Shown: positions 19,785 to 29,452 of the stretch, piece by piece
Layout: every line of letters starts with the position of its first letter
How positions within the stretch are numbered: position 1 is the stretch's first letter
NCBI GenBank assembly: GCA_034111705.1
Contig: JAWUWS010000109.1
Coordinates: 1,017-65,016 of the forward strand
Length of the DNA stretch: 64,000 bases
Source: Psychrosphaera sp.
GTDB lineage: Bacteria; Pseudomonadota; Gammaproteobacteria; Enterobacterales; Alteromonadaceae
Direction: 5' to 3'
Program-made: the position numbers and the translations under genes
Notes under the pieces: generated by a model
The model's database searches: none
What the model was told of the DNA's origin: nothing
The model's input: only the letters and a program-made list of their open reading frames with translations

Positions 19785-21004
19785 TGGCGGCGTTTGAATA
19801 CAAAGCCCTAGATAGCAAAGGCAAATCTAAAAAAGGCATATTAGAAGCTGACACAGCGAAACAAGTTCGTCAGCAGCTAAGGGAAAAAGGATTCATTCCC
19901 ATTGATATTAGCCAAGCTAGTCAAAACGAAAAACAAACTGAAGCTGGAATTTCATTATTCCAAGCTAAAATATCAGCTTCAGATTTAGCACTTATTACTC
20001 GTCAACTTGCTACTTTAGTCGGTTCTGCATTGACGATAGAGTCGGCATTATTAGCGGTCGCTGAACAATGTGATAAACCTAGATTAAAACGTACAGTGAT
20101 GGCCATTCGTTCTAAAGTTGTAGAGGGTTATAGTTTGGCCGAAGGGATGAAAGAATTTCCTTACATATTCGACCATTTGTTTCGTTCTATGGTGGCTGCG
20201 GGTGAAAAGTCAGGTCATTTAGATGAAGTCTTAAATCGACTTGCTGATTACACTGAAAAGCGTCAAGAAACAAAATCTCAATTAACCCAAGCAATGGTTT
20301 ATCCAATAATGCTAACTGTATTTGCCATTGGCATAGTAACGTTTTTATTGGCGTCTGTTGTTCCTCAAATTGTCGGGCAAGTGACAAAATCAGGTCAGGA
20401 GTTACCTGGTTCAACGCAATTCTTATTAACGTTAAGTGACTTTATTATTAATTATGGCATGTACTTAGCTATTTTTGTTGTTGCAGGGATTGTGATATTT
20501 CAACGGATGCTAAAACGTCCTAGTGTGCGATTGAAATTTGATCAATCATTATTAAAATTACCTTTAGTTGGTAAAGCTATCGTTGGGGTAAATACCGCAC
20601 GTTTTGCACGTACTTTAAGTATTTTAACTTCCAGTGCCGTACCAATCCTTGAAGGTATGAAAATATCAGGGCAGGTTTTATCCAATACATTTATAAAAAA
20701 AGCAGTATTAGAAGCATCAGATAATGTAAGGGAGGGCTCATCATTAAAAGCAGCACTGAGCCATTCAAAAACATTTCCACCTATGATGATACACATGATT
20801 GGTAGTGGTGAAAAATCGGGTGAGTTAGAGCAAATGTTAAAGCGTTGTGCTGATAATCAAGACAACGAATTAGACGCCAGTTTAAAAATAAGTTTAAGTT
20901 TATTAACACCATTAATTGTTGCAGTCATGGCCGGAATGGTAATGTTTATTGTTATGGCAATTATGCAGCCAATTATGCAAATGAATAACTTAGCTGGTGT
21001 TTAA
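19784..21004 (+). CDS. gspF: Type II secretion inner-membrane platform protein F
   Basis: [30 protein letters not shown] motifs. Confidence 0.96.
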   Translation: MAAFEYKALDSKGKSKKGILEADTAKQVRQQLREKGFIPIDISQASQNEKQTEAGISLFQAKISASDLALITRQLATLVGSALTIESALLAVAEQCDKPRLKRTVMAIRSKVVEGYSLAEGMKEFPYIFDHLFRSMVAAGEKSGHLDEVLNRLADYTEKRQETKSQLTQAMVYPIMLTVFAIGIVTFLLASVVPQIVGQVTKSGQELPGSTQFLLTLSDFIINYGMYLAIFVVAGIVIFQRMLKRPSVRLKFDQSLLKLPLVGKAIVGVNTARFARTLSILTSSAVPILEGMKISGQVLSNTFIKKAVLEASDNVREGSSLKAALSHSKTFPPMMIHMIGSGEKSGELEQMLKRCADNQDNELDASLKISLSLLTPLIVAVMAGMVMFIVMAIMQPIMQMNNLAGV

Positions 21005-21051
21005 GTTAATTAAAAATGTAGATAATTTTACTAAGATAAACGGAGTACAAA

Positions 21052-21501
21052 GTGAAAAGCTTAAATAAAAAAACAAAAACAACTCAAAACGGTTTTACCA
21101 TTTTAGAAGTCATGATCGTTATTGCTATTTTGGGCATGATGGCATCACTTGTTGTCGGTAATCTAATGGATAATGCCGACGAAGCAAAAGTTCAGAGCAC
21201 GGCTATAGAGATTAAAAATATAGAATCGATTTTAGATTTATATAAATTAAAAGCTGGTCAATACCCAACGACAGAGCAAGGTTTAGAAGCATTAGTTTCT
21301 GCTCCAGAAATTGAGCCAATTCCGCGTAATTACCCAGCCAATGGTTTCTTAGATGAATTACCACAAGACAAGTGGGGTAATGATTATCAATTAGTTAGCC
21401 CTGGTGAAATGGGTAAATATGATCTGTTTTCAATCGGTCCAGATGGCGAAGCAGGAACAGAAGATGATATTGGTAATTGGAACGTAAAAGACTATTTATA
21501 A
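21052..21501 (+). CDS. gspG: Major pseudopilin G
   Basis: GFTILEVMIV prepilin site, YPTTEQGLEALV, DKWGNDYQ, DDIGNW. Confidence 0.96.
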   Translation: MKSLNKKTKTTQNGFTILEVMIVIAILGMMASLVVGNLMDNADEAKVQSTAIEIKNIESILDLYKLKAGQYPTTEQGLEALVSAPEIEPIPRNYPANGFLDELPQDKWGNDYQLVSPGEMGKYDLFSIGPDGEAGTEDDIGNWNVKDYL

Positions 21502-21612
21502 TACGCCTTTTATTACGTAACTATTACTCTAGGTCTAAATAACTTATATAACGAAGTTTGTGAATTAGACCTCGCTTTCTTAATATGAGTCCCATCTGGC
21601 AAGGATATACAA

Positions 21613-22197
21613 GTGAACAAACATAAAGGTTTTACTCTTTTTGAGTTGATGCTTGTTATCATGCTAATGGCTCTTATTGTCAGTACAGTTAAATTCCCAA
21701 ATTTAACCCAAGAGCCATTTGATCAAGTTGATCAGCAAAGCAAAAAAGTAGCTGCGTTAATTAATTTAGCCAGTGAATATGCCGTATTAAACAATACTTT
21801 ATTAGGGTTTTCTATCACAGATACAAGTTATGCCTTTTTAATGTTTAATGGTGAAAAATGGGAGCCTATCGTTGAGCCTCCGTTTATTGAAAGCGAGTTT
21901 GATGAAGATATAAAAATGGAATTAACTCTAGATGGTTTAGAGTGGCAAGAAGAAAACCTGTTAAGCGCGGTTAAATGGATTGATGAAGAACAGCTTGAAG
22001 AAGCAAGCGCCGAAACAGATGAAGAAAAGAAAATGTTTTTCCCTCAAATCTTTATTTTATCGTCCGGTGAAATTTCCCCTTTTGATCTTGATATCAGTTA
22101 CGACGATGGTTTTGAAACACCAATTACTTTTAAAGTAAGAGGTGAGTTTATAACACCAGTATTAGTTTTTGATCCGCAACAAATAGAAGAATTATAA
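21613..22197 (+). CDS. gspH: Minor pseudopilin H
   Basis: GFTLFELM prepilin site, PQIFILSSGEISPF; operon position. Confidence 0.92.
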   Translation: MNKHKGFTLFELMLVIMLMALIVSTVKFPNLTQEPFDQVDQQSKKVAALINLASEYAVLNNTLLGFSITDTSYAFLMFNGEKWEPIVEPPFIESEFDEDIKMELTLDGLEWQEENLLSAVKWIDEEQLEEASAETDEEKKMFFPQIFILSSGEISPFDLDISYDDGFETPITFKVRGEFITPVLVFDPQQIEEL

Positions 22198-22198
22198 C

Positions 22199-22609
22199 GT
22201 GAGTAAGTTGCAAACCAAACACTCATCAAAAGGTTTTACGTTAATTGAATTATTATTGGCGTTAGCCATATTTGCGTATTCTGCCAGTGCTATTTTGGGA
22301 GTAGTGGGTACGGCATCAAATAACTTAGGGCAAATAGAGGAAATGACATTTGCCTCTTGGGTTGCTAATAATCGTCTAGTCGAATTACAAGTTGCTCAAC
22401 AATGGCCACCAAAAGATAAAGAAAAAGGCGAAGCAGAACTCGCTGGGAAAAAATGGTATTGGCAGCAAAAAGTAGTCAAAACTGAAGATGATGATTTACG
22501 AGCCATAACAGTTTCCGTTTCAGCCAACAAAGACATGTCATTTTCAATTTATTCGTTAACTACTTATCTTAGCCCCAACCCTAATGCTGAAGAGGGGTTG
22601 TCACGATGA
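22199..22609 (+). CDS. gspI: Minor pseudopilin I
   Basis: GFTLIELLLALAIF, ASWVANNRL, WYWQQ. Confidence 0.92.
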   Translation: MSKLQTKHSSKGFTLIELLLALAIFAYSASAILGVVGTASNNLGQIEEMTFASWVANNRLVELQVAQQWPPKDKEKGEAELAGKKWYWQQKVVKTEDDDLRAITVSVSANKDMSFSIYSLTTYLSPNPNAEEGLSR

Positions 22610-23256
22610 ACTGTAAACATAGAATCAAAACTAAACGTGGCTTTACATTGTTAGAGGTTTTGGTGTCTTTAGCAATATTTGCCATGTTAGGTGTTGCAAC
22701 GTATTCGGTGATCAATACCACAGTAAATGGACACGAAACGGTTATTAATCAAAACAAACAGATGACGGATTTACAACGTGCTTTTGTGATCATGGAAAAT
22801 GATTTTACTCAATTAGCTCAACGTAAAGTAAGAATAAACGGTGAGGAATCTGATGGTTCGTTTTTCCATGCCAGTGAGTACTTATTTGATTCAGAAGCGA
22901 TAGGTTTTACTTTTGTTAGAGACGGCTGGACTAATCCAGTTATGGTTTTACCTAGAAGCGAATTGCAATTAGTTGCTTATCGATTAATCGAAAATAGGCT
23001 GGAACGACTTTACTTCAACTTTGTAGACAATGAATACGGAACAGAGCCTAAAGTACAAGTGCTGCTAAATGGCGTTAAAGAATTAAGATTATTATATTAT
23101 GTCGATGGCAGTTGGGAAGAAGAGCTCGAAGACGAAGAAACAAAACAATTACCGGTAGCAATAAAGTTAGTATTAAAAACAGATACTTTTGGCTTGATTG
23201 AACGTAGCTTTCTTATTATAAAAACTACAAAAGAGAGTACGTCGAATGGTGGGTAA
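22606..23256 (+). CDS. gspJ: Minor pseudopilin J
   Basis: GFTLLEVLVSLAIF, RDGWTNP...PRSELQLVAYRL. Confidence 0.93.
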   Translation: MNCKHRIKTKRGFTLLEVLVSLAIFAMLGVATYSVINTTVNGHETVINQNKQMTDLQRAFVIMENDFTQLAQRKVRINGEESDGSFFHASEYLFDSEAIGFTFVRDGWTNPVMVLPRSELQLVAYRLIENRLERLYFNFVDNEYGTEPKVQVLLNGVKELRLLYYVDGSWEEELEDEETKQLPVAIKLVLKTDTFGLIERSFLIIKTTKESTSNGG

Positions 23257-24283
23257 ATTAAAGCTTAATAAAGCTCCCTTACCAAGAAAACAAAAAGGTG
23301 TGGCTCTCATATCTGTCTTACTGGCTGTTGCTTTATGCGTTATATTAGCGACAGAGATTCTATCGGCACAAAAATTTCAAGTACAGCGTGTGCAAAATAT
23401 ATTGGAGCGCCAACAAGCTTACTGGTATGCCATTAGTTCAGAGAACTTTGTAAAAGCTTTGTTAAAGAGAACAGCCGAAGACGACAAGGGAGTCTTTAAT
23501 TTAGATCAACCCTGGGCAATGACGGATATGGTTTTCCCCGTAGATGATGGTCTAATTGAAGGGAAAATAATCGACTTGTCATCCTGTTTTAATTTAAACA
23601 GCTTATATTATTCAGATATTACGGATGATGAAAAAACACAACGTATGGAATTATTTGTTCGTGTGTTGTCAAACTTAGACATTGAATCAGAATCTAGTCA
23701 TGAAGATTTAGCGGCTAATTTATATGATTGGCTGGATAACGACAATTATCCATCAGGAGCTGTTGGTTATGATGGTGATATGTACACAGGTCTTTCATTT
23801 CCATATTTAAGTGCTAACTCAATGTTGGCTCATGAGAATGAGTTAAGAGTGATTTATGGATTTGATATTGAAGTGATCAGTCAACTTATAAACAAAGTAT
23901 GTGTAATACCAAATAGTGAAGAGTTAAAGGTTAATATCAATACCATAAGTACAGAAGCCCCAGAGTTTTTAATGGCAATGTTAGATGTTGATCGTACTAA
24001 AGTTGATGAAATTCTATTAGAACGTCCGGAAGATGGGTTTGATTCAGTTGATGAGTTTTTTGCATTGACTCAAGTTTCTTCTTTATCAAATATAGCAACA
24101 CTAGATAAGAGTCAATTTACGGTGAGTAGTAGCTTTTTTAGACTAGTTACTAACGCCTATTTTAATGAAATTAAATTCGAGTTGACGAGTGTGTTTCAAT
24201 TAGATGAAAAATATAACGCCAATGTTATAGCACGTCGTTTTGGAGGAAAAATTGAGCGAAAAGCTAATACTGAGACTGAGTAG
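23246..24283 (+). CDS. gspK: Minor pseudopilin K
   Basis: KGVALISVLL (no Glu5), LDQPWA, CFNLNSL, DWLDND, VNINT. Confidence 0.93.
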   Translation: MVGKLKLNKAPLPRKQKGVALISVLLAVALCVILATEILSAQKFQVQRVQNILERQQAYWYAISSENFVKALLKRTAEDDKGVFNLDQPWAMTDMVFPVDDGLIEGKIIDLSSCFNLNSLYYSDITDDEKTQRMELFVRVLSNLDIESESSHEDLAANLYDWLDNDNYPSGAVGYDGDMYTGLSFPYLSANSMLAHENELRVIYGFDIEVISQLINKVCVIPNSEELKVNINTISTEAPEFLMAMLDVDRTKVDEILLERPEDGFDSVDEFFALTQVSSLSNIATLDKSQFTVSSSFFRLVTNAYFNEIKFELTSVFQLDEKYNANVIARRFGGKIERKANTETE

Positions 24284-25556
24284 TCAGAGCTCAAGTTGTA
24301 TCCCTTGGTTGGTTTGGTCACAAGCCACAAAAGAAATCATTGTATCTGGGGAACTGGAGCACCAAGATAATTTATCGGTATTAACTGAATATGCCAAAGG
24401 TCGTCATGTCACGGTATTAGTTGATAGTGCCGATGTGCGATTACATCGCCATTTTATGCCGAGTAAACCAACTCGCCAGTTACTCAAAGCATTACCGTTT
24501 ATGCTAGAAGATGAATTGGCCGAAGACATAGAAAATTTACACTTTGCTATTGAGGAAACGGGATATGATAAAAGCGTAGAGCAACATTGGGTCAATATCG
24601 CTATTGTAAAAAATTCGTTACTACAGAATTGGTTATCGTTATTGGCACAAGCGAATATTTCAGTAAAACGCATGTTACCTGATGTGTTATGTCTACCTAA
24701 TTTATCTACGCAATTCGATGAAGACAGTCAAAGTATCTCAATTTTAGAATATGCAGATGGTTGGTTAATAAGAGAAAGTGCTTGGCGCGGCTTATTTTTA
24801 CCTAACAGCTGGCTGCCTATGTATTTTGAAAAACTGTTATCGGCGAACAGTCTAACGTCTGATGTAAAATCAGAAACAACAAATCCTAATATTGAAGTAA
24901 ATTATTTTTCGCCATTACCGTCAGAGCTCACAGCAAATTTAATAGAGTCAGAACAAGTTAATATCACAGCAGCAGAGCAAGAACTGCCAATGTTATTATT
25001 AGCTCAGCAGGCTGAGAGCGTTAAGTGGAATTTATTACAGGGTGACTTTGCCCAGAAAAAAGCGGTTAGTAAAAATTGGGCTTTATGGCGTCCAGCTGCA
25101 GCTTTTCTGATCATTACGCTTACTATTCAGTTTGTAATGACCATTGCCAGATGGCAATCCGCCACGAGTGATCTTGAAGTAGCAAAAAATGAATTAGGAC
25201 AAATGTATCAAGAAGCGTTTCCAAAAGAAAAACTTAGAATGAATGTTTTACGTACTCAATTAAAGCGTAAAGTTGCAGCTGTAGGTGGAGAGTCAAATAC
25301 CACTACTACCGGTTTTCTTGAGCTTATGACGAGGTTGACACCAGTGTTCAAAAAAACGCCAGATGTTAATTTAGATTCTATTCGTTATGACTATAATCGT
25401 GGCGAACTTAGATTAAATGCAAACGCACCATCTTTCCAACAATTTGAACTGTTTAAAACTGATATTGAAAAGTTAGGATTAGAAGTGAAACAAGGTGCGG
25501 TAAATAATGAAGGTAGTACAGTAGCTGGCTCGTTAAGCATACAGGAGGCTAAGTAA
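24252..25556 (+). CDS. gspL: Type II secretion protein L
   Basis: IPWLVWS, LPFMLEDELA, PDVLCLP, NLLQGDF; TTG at 24252 preceded by GGAGG. Confidence 0.92.
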   Translation: MSEKLILRLSSQSSSCIPWLVWSQATKEIIVSGELEHQDNLSVLTEYAKGRHVTVLVDSADVRLHRHFMPSKPTRQLLKALPFMLEDELAEDIENLHFAIEETGYDKSVEQHWVNIAIVKNSLLQNWLSLLAQANISVKRMLPDVLCLPNLSTQFDEDSQSISILEYADGWLIRESAWRGLFLPNSWLPMYFEKLLSANSLTSDVKSETTNPNIEVNYFSPLPSELTANLIESEQVNITAAEQELPMLLLAQQAESVKWNLLQGDFAQKKAVSKNWALWRPAAAFLIITLTIQFVMTIARWQSATSDLEVAKNELGQMYQEAFPKEKLRMNVLRTQLKRKVAAVGGESNTTTTGFLELMTRLTPVFKKTPDVNLDSIRYDYNRGELRLNANAPSFQQFELFKTDIEKLGLEVKQGAVNNEGSTVAGSLSIQEAK

Positions 25557-25558
25557 AT

Positions 25559-26053
25559 ATGGATAAATTAAAACAAACAATAAACACTTGGCTTAATAGT
25601 AAAACTCAAAGTGAGAAACAATTAATTAAACTAGCTAGTTTGTTTTTCATTTTGTTTTTGGTCATTATTCTGGTAACCACAATTAATAAGAATGTAGCCG
25701 AATCAGAAAAAAAACTCACTCAACAAATAGAGCTGAACAGTTGGGCTAAACAACAGATTACTGTGATACAACAAGCAAATAAAAGTCTTGGAAAAACACA
25801 GTCGAATAAACAGTCAATTACACAAGTTATTAACTCAACAGCAAAAAGATATAATGTGTTGGTAGAGCGTATTCAGCCACAAAAAGATGATTTAGTTAAA
25901 GTTGGGATTGATGAAATTGGATTTAATAACTTAATGAATTGGTTAACTGAGTTAGAGACAAAACATAGTATTAACGTTCAAAATATTGATTTTTCTAAAG
26001 CCGACTCATTAGGCGTAGTGAAGATAAGACGACTAGATTTGGGACGAGAATAA
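25559..26053 (+). CDS. gspM: Type II secretion protein M
   Basis: Single N-terminal TM, RIQPQ...FNNLMNWL; operon position. Confidence 0.88.
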   Translation: MDKLKQTINTWLNSKTQSEKQLIKLASLFFILFLVIILVTTINKNVAESEKKLTQQIELNSWAKQQITVIQQANKSLGKTQSNKQSITQVINSTAKRYNVLVERIQPQKDDLVKVGIDEIGFNNLMNWLTELETKHSINVQNIDFSKADSLGVVKIRRLDLGRE

Positions 26054-26791
26054 ATGAGTAAAATTAAGTTAGCGGTATTATTTATAATTAGCTTTGTGAT
26101 TTTTACTGCCGTATTAGTTCCAATTAGCCTAGTAGTCAGTTCATTACCTATCCCTAAAAATGTTGCCTATCAAGGTTTGTCAGGCTCTATTTGGCAGGGC
26201 GATGTTAAAACGATACAAGTGAATAAAATGTTGTTTGAAAATGTTCATTGGCAGTTTGAACTAAGCAGTTTATTTCATGGTAATTTAGGTTTCGATATTA
26301 AGTTTGGAAACGCTAGAAATAGCGGTCAATTAAGTGGCCGAGGTATAATTTCCTCTGGTTTGACAGGGCTTCAAGTGCGAGATTTTGTATTTAGAATGCC
26401 AGCCAGTGGAGTAAAACCATTTTTACCTTTACCTGTCAGTGTGATTAATGGAAGACTGATCACGAGTATTGATATTTTTCAGCTAGGCAAGCCAGTTTGT
26501 GAACAAATGGCTGGTGAGTTTGTTTGGGTGAAAGCAGGCACTGATATTGATGGCCCTATTTCATTCGGGACAATAACGTCTACATTATTATGTGAAGACA
26601 ATAAGTTAGTTGCCAAATTTGATGGTGAAAATTTGTTAGGACTTGAAGGTAGTGCAGTTGTTGAATCAGGTAAAAAATACAGTTTTGACGGATTTGTAAA
26701 ACCAGACGTGAGTTTACCAGCTGTTGTGCATCAAGGAGTTGGTTTCCTTGGTAAAATGGACAGTAAAGGTAAATATAAAATTAAACTCTAA
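26054..26791 (+). CDS. gspN: Type II secretion protein N
   Basis: GLSGSIWQG motif, N-terminal TM, last gsp gene. Confidence 0.88.
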   Translation: MSKIKLAVLFIISFVIFTAVLVPISLVVSSLPIPKNVAYQGLSGSIWQGDVKTIQVNKMLFENVHWQFELSSLFHGNLGFDIKFGNARNSGQLSGRGIISSGLTGLQVRDFVFRMPASGVKPFLPLPVSVINGRLITSIDIFQLGKPVCEQMAGEFVWVKAGTDIDGPISFGTITSTLLCEDNKLVAKFDGENLLGLEGSAVVESGKKYSFDGFVKPDVSLPAVVHQGVGFLGKMDSKGKYKIKL

Positions 26792-26812
26792 ATTTAAAGC
26801 CAATATAAATAA

Positions 26813-26860
26813 GTCATTGCCGAGGTGTTAAGCAGTTAACGGTAATGACATTGTTGTTTT
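26813..26860 (+). terminator. Probable terminator of the gsp operon
   Basis: GTCATTGCCG...CGGTAATGAC stem followed by T-rich sequence. Confidence 0.5.
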
Positions 26861-26908
26861 ATGTTTGCAACTCAACGGATTTATTGACGTAGATAAAAGC
26901 ATAAAGAC

Positions 26909-27466
26909 ATGAAGAAAATAAGTAATATTTCAAAATTAAAACTACTAGAGTTCTTAAATCGAGTTCCATTATTCAAAAGTTTGGAACCGCATGACAGGCA
27001 AACGGTTGCTAATATCCCTAATATTGTTGTGTTAATTGAGCAGGGATCAGTGTTCATTAAGCAAGATCAACTTGATTCTGATTTTTATATTCTTTTAAAC
27101 GGTGAAGCAGAAATATCAGTAGATAAGCAGTTCATAGCTACTACTACGTCAGGTCACTTTATTGGTGAAGTTGGCTTTATTTGCAATGAACCAAGAAGTG
27201 CTTCTGTAAAGGCGATAACCGACATCATTGCTCTTAGAGTAACCCGTGACTTATTTGATGTGTTACCACTTAGGGTTAAAGAGTCAATTAAACAAAAAAT
27301 TATCAATGGTTTGGTAACTCGAGTATCTAAGCAAAATGGTAAAATCATTAGCCTGGAAGAGCAAGTCGATCATCTTGAACTGCAATTAAATCCAGACCGA
27401 GATAAAGTCCCGGAAAACGCTCCAGCTGACGATGGCTTAAAACACGTATTAAATATTAAAGAATAA
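26909..27466 (+). CDS. Stand-alone cyclic-nucleotide-binding domain protein
   Basis: VPLFKSL, FYILLNG, FIGEVGFICNEPRSASV phosphate-binding cassette; coiled-coil tail, no HTH seen. Confidence 0.85.
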   Translation: MKKISNISKLKLLEFLNRVPLFKSLEPHDRQTVANIPNIVVLIEQGSVFIKQDQLDSDFYILLNGEAEISVDKQFIATTTSGHFIGEVGFICNEPRSASVKAITDIIALRVTRDLFDVLPLRVKESIKQKIINGLVTRVSKQNGKIISLEEQVDHLELQLNPDRDKVPENAPADDGLKHVLNIKE

Positions 27467-27510
27467 TTGAGTAACTCCTTCTTTGTTTATTCATAATAAT
27501 TAAAAAGTCG

Positions 27511-27523
27511 GAATAATATATTC
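27511..27523. promoter_or_regulatory. Candidate MurR/RpiR operator upstream of dld
   Basis: GAATAATATATTC, the exact reverse complement of the 13-mer at 48886-48898; may alternatively be part of a terminator hairpin. Confidence 0.45.
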
Positions 27524-27627
27524 TAGCCTTTTTATTTTATTCACTTAAAATCAATCCATATCTATTCGCTTGTTTCATATTTAGTTTCTGGTTACAGAAG
27601 TTGGATCACAGTTAGGAAAGTAACACG

Positions 27628-29328
27628 ATGACGCATCAGCAGTTACAGCAACGACTTGAAGACGTTGTAGGTCAAAGTCAAATTATTATAAATAAACAAA
27701 AATCACGACCGTTTCGTTTTGGTTGGCGAACAGGCGGCGGCGATGCGCTGGCTGTTATAAAACCCCAAAGCTTATTAATGTTTTATCAAGCATTAGAAGT
27801 GTGCGTTAAACACAAAGCTATCATCATTATGCAAGCTGCTAATACAGGCTTAACAGAAGGCTCGACACCTAGCGGTGATGATTACGACAGACCTATAGTG
27901 ATCATTAATACACTGGCAATGGATAAGGTTTATTTGCTAGAACAAGGTCAACAAGTTCTAAGCTTCCCCGGTGCAACTTTATTTAGTTTAGAAAAAAAAC
28001 TGAAATCGATTAAGCGCACACCTCATTCTGTTATTGGTTCTTCATGTTTGGGGGCATCTGTGGTTGGCGGTATTGCGAATAATTCTGGCGGAGCATTAAT
28101 TAAACGTGGGCCTGCTTACACAGAGATGGCGTTGTTTGCCAAAGTAACAGAACAAGGTGAGTTACAGCTAGTAAATCACTTAGGTATTGAATTAGGTGAA
28201 ACGCCAGAACAAATGTTAACTAACTTAGCAAATGGTAATTTTACCAAAGACAACTTAATGTCGAGTGATGCAAAATGTTCGGATACCGAATATCAACAAC
28301 GAGTTCGTCAAGTTAATGAAGACAGCCCAAGTCGTTTTAATGCCGACCCAAGGCGGTTATTTGAAGCCAGTGGGTGTGCAGGTAAGTTAGCGGTTTTTGC
28401 GGTTAGGTTAGATACGTTTGAAGTTGCTGAGCAGGAACAAACATTTTATCTCGGCACTAATGATCCCTTAGTATTAGGCAGATTTAGACGAGACGTTTTA
28501 CAAAAGTATCAAAATCTGCCTGAAGTTGGTGAGTACTTACATAAAGATATTTTTGATGTGTCAGCTAAATACGGTAAAGATACTTTTTTGAGCGTAAAAC
28601 ACCTAGGTACAGATCGCCTACCAAAACTGTTTGCTTTGAAAGCTAGAGTGGATGGTTTGTGTAAATCACTGCCTTTTGTATCTAGTCATTTAACTGATTG
28701 GGTTATGCAGCTGGCCAGTCTTTTTTTTCCACAACATTTGCCTTCACGTATTTTGCAATATAGAGCTAAATACGATCACCATCTGATTTTGAAAATGAGT
28801 GGGCAAGGAATAAAAGAGGCTAAGACTCATTTGTCCCATTTTTTTGCAGAGCATGAAGGCGACTTTTTTGAATGTGATGCAAAAGAAACCGAAGCCGCAG
28901 TACTAAATCGTTTTGCTGCTGCGGGTGCTGCAATGCGTTATCACACTTTATACCAAGAAGATGTTGGTGATTTATTGTCTTTGGATATTGCATTAAGACG
29001 AGATGATATTGATTGGTTAGAGCAACTGCCAGAAGACTTAGATCAGCAATTAGAAATGAAGCTTTATTATGGTCACTTTTTCTGTCACGTATTCCACCAG
29101 GACTATATTCTGAAAAAAGGATCCGATCCTAAAAAAGTAAAAAACAGAATGCTTGAGTTGTTAAATCAACGTGGTGTTAAGTATCCAGCAGAGCATAATG
29201 TCGGGCATTTATATGAAGCAGAACAAACGTTAAAAGACTTTTATCTAACACTCGACCCAACCAATACGTTTAACCCAGGTATTGGTAAGACCGACAAACA
29301 TCAACGTAATTGCAGTTGTCAGCATTAG
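27628..29328 (+). CDS. dld: FAD-dependent (quinone) D-lactate dehydrogenase
   Basis: IMQAANTGLTEGSTP, PHSVIGSSC, ASGCAGKLAVFAVRLDTF, YYGHFFCHVFHQDY, YPAEHNVGHLY, FNPGIGKT match E. coli-type Dld. Confidence 0.96.
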   Translation: MTHQQLQQRLEDVVGQSQIIINKQKSRPFRFGWRTGGGDALAVIKPQSLLMFYQALEVCVKHKAIIIMQAANTGLTEGSTPSGDDYDRPIVIINTLAMDKVYLLEQGQQVLSFPGATLFSLEKKLKSIKRTPHSVIGSSCLGASVVGGIANNSGGALIKRGPAYTEMALFAKVTEQGELQLVNHLGIELGETPEQMLTNLANGNFTKDNLMSSDAKCSDTEYQQRVRQVNEDSPSRFNADPRRLFEASGCAGKLAVFAVRLDTFEVAEQEQTFYLGTNDPLVLGRFRRDVLQKYQNLPEVGEYLHKDIFDVSAKYGKDTFLSVKHLGTDRLPKLFALKARVDGLCKSLPFVSSHLTDWVMQLASLFFPQHLPSRILQYRAKYDHHLILKMSGQGIKEAKTHLSHFFAEHEGDFFECDAKETEAAVLNRFAAAGAAMRYHTLYQEDVGDLLSLDIALRRDDIDWLEQLPEDLDQQLEMKLYYGHFFCHVFHQDYILKKGSDPKKVKNRMLELLNQRGVKYPAEHNVGHLYEAEQTLKDFYLTLDPTNTFNPGIGKTDKHQRNCSCQH

Positions 29329-29452
29329 TCTGGTTATAACAAACAGCTTGGTTCACAACTATTAATCGAATCTAGTAGCGTTCAGTCTAATAGCGTAAAG
29401 CTAACTAACATATTACGAGCATTCATTTACCTAACAAAAAAATGCGCTTAAT

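Noticed and set aside
15212-27348. Multiple 60-90 aa ORFs overlapping the gsp genes and the cNMP gene
   Set aside because: Nested in conserved genes, with no recognisable domains.
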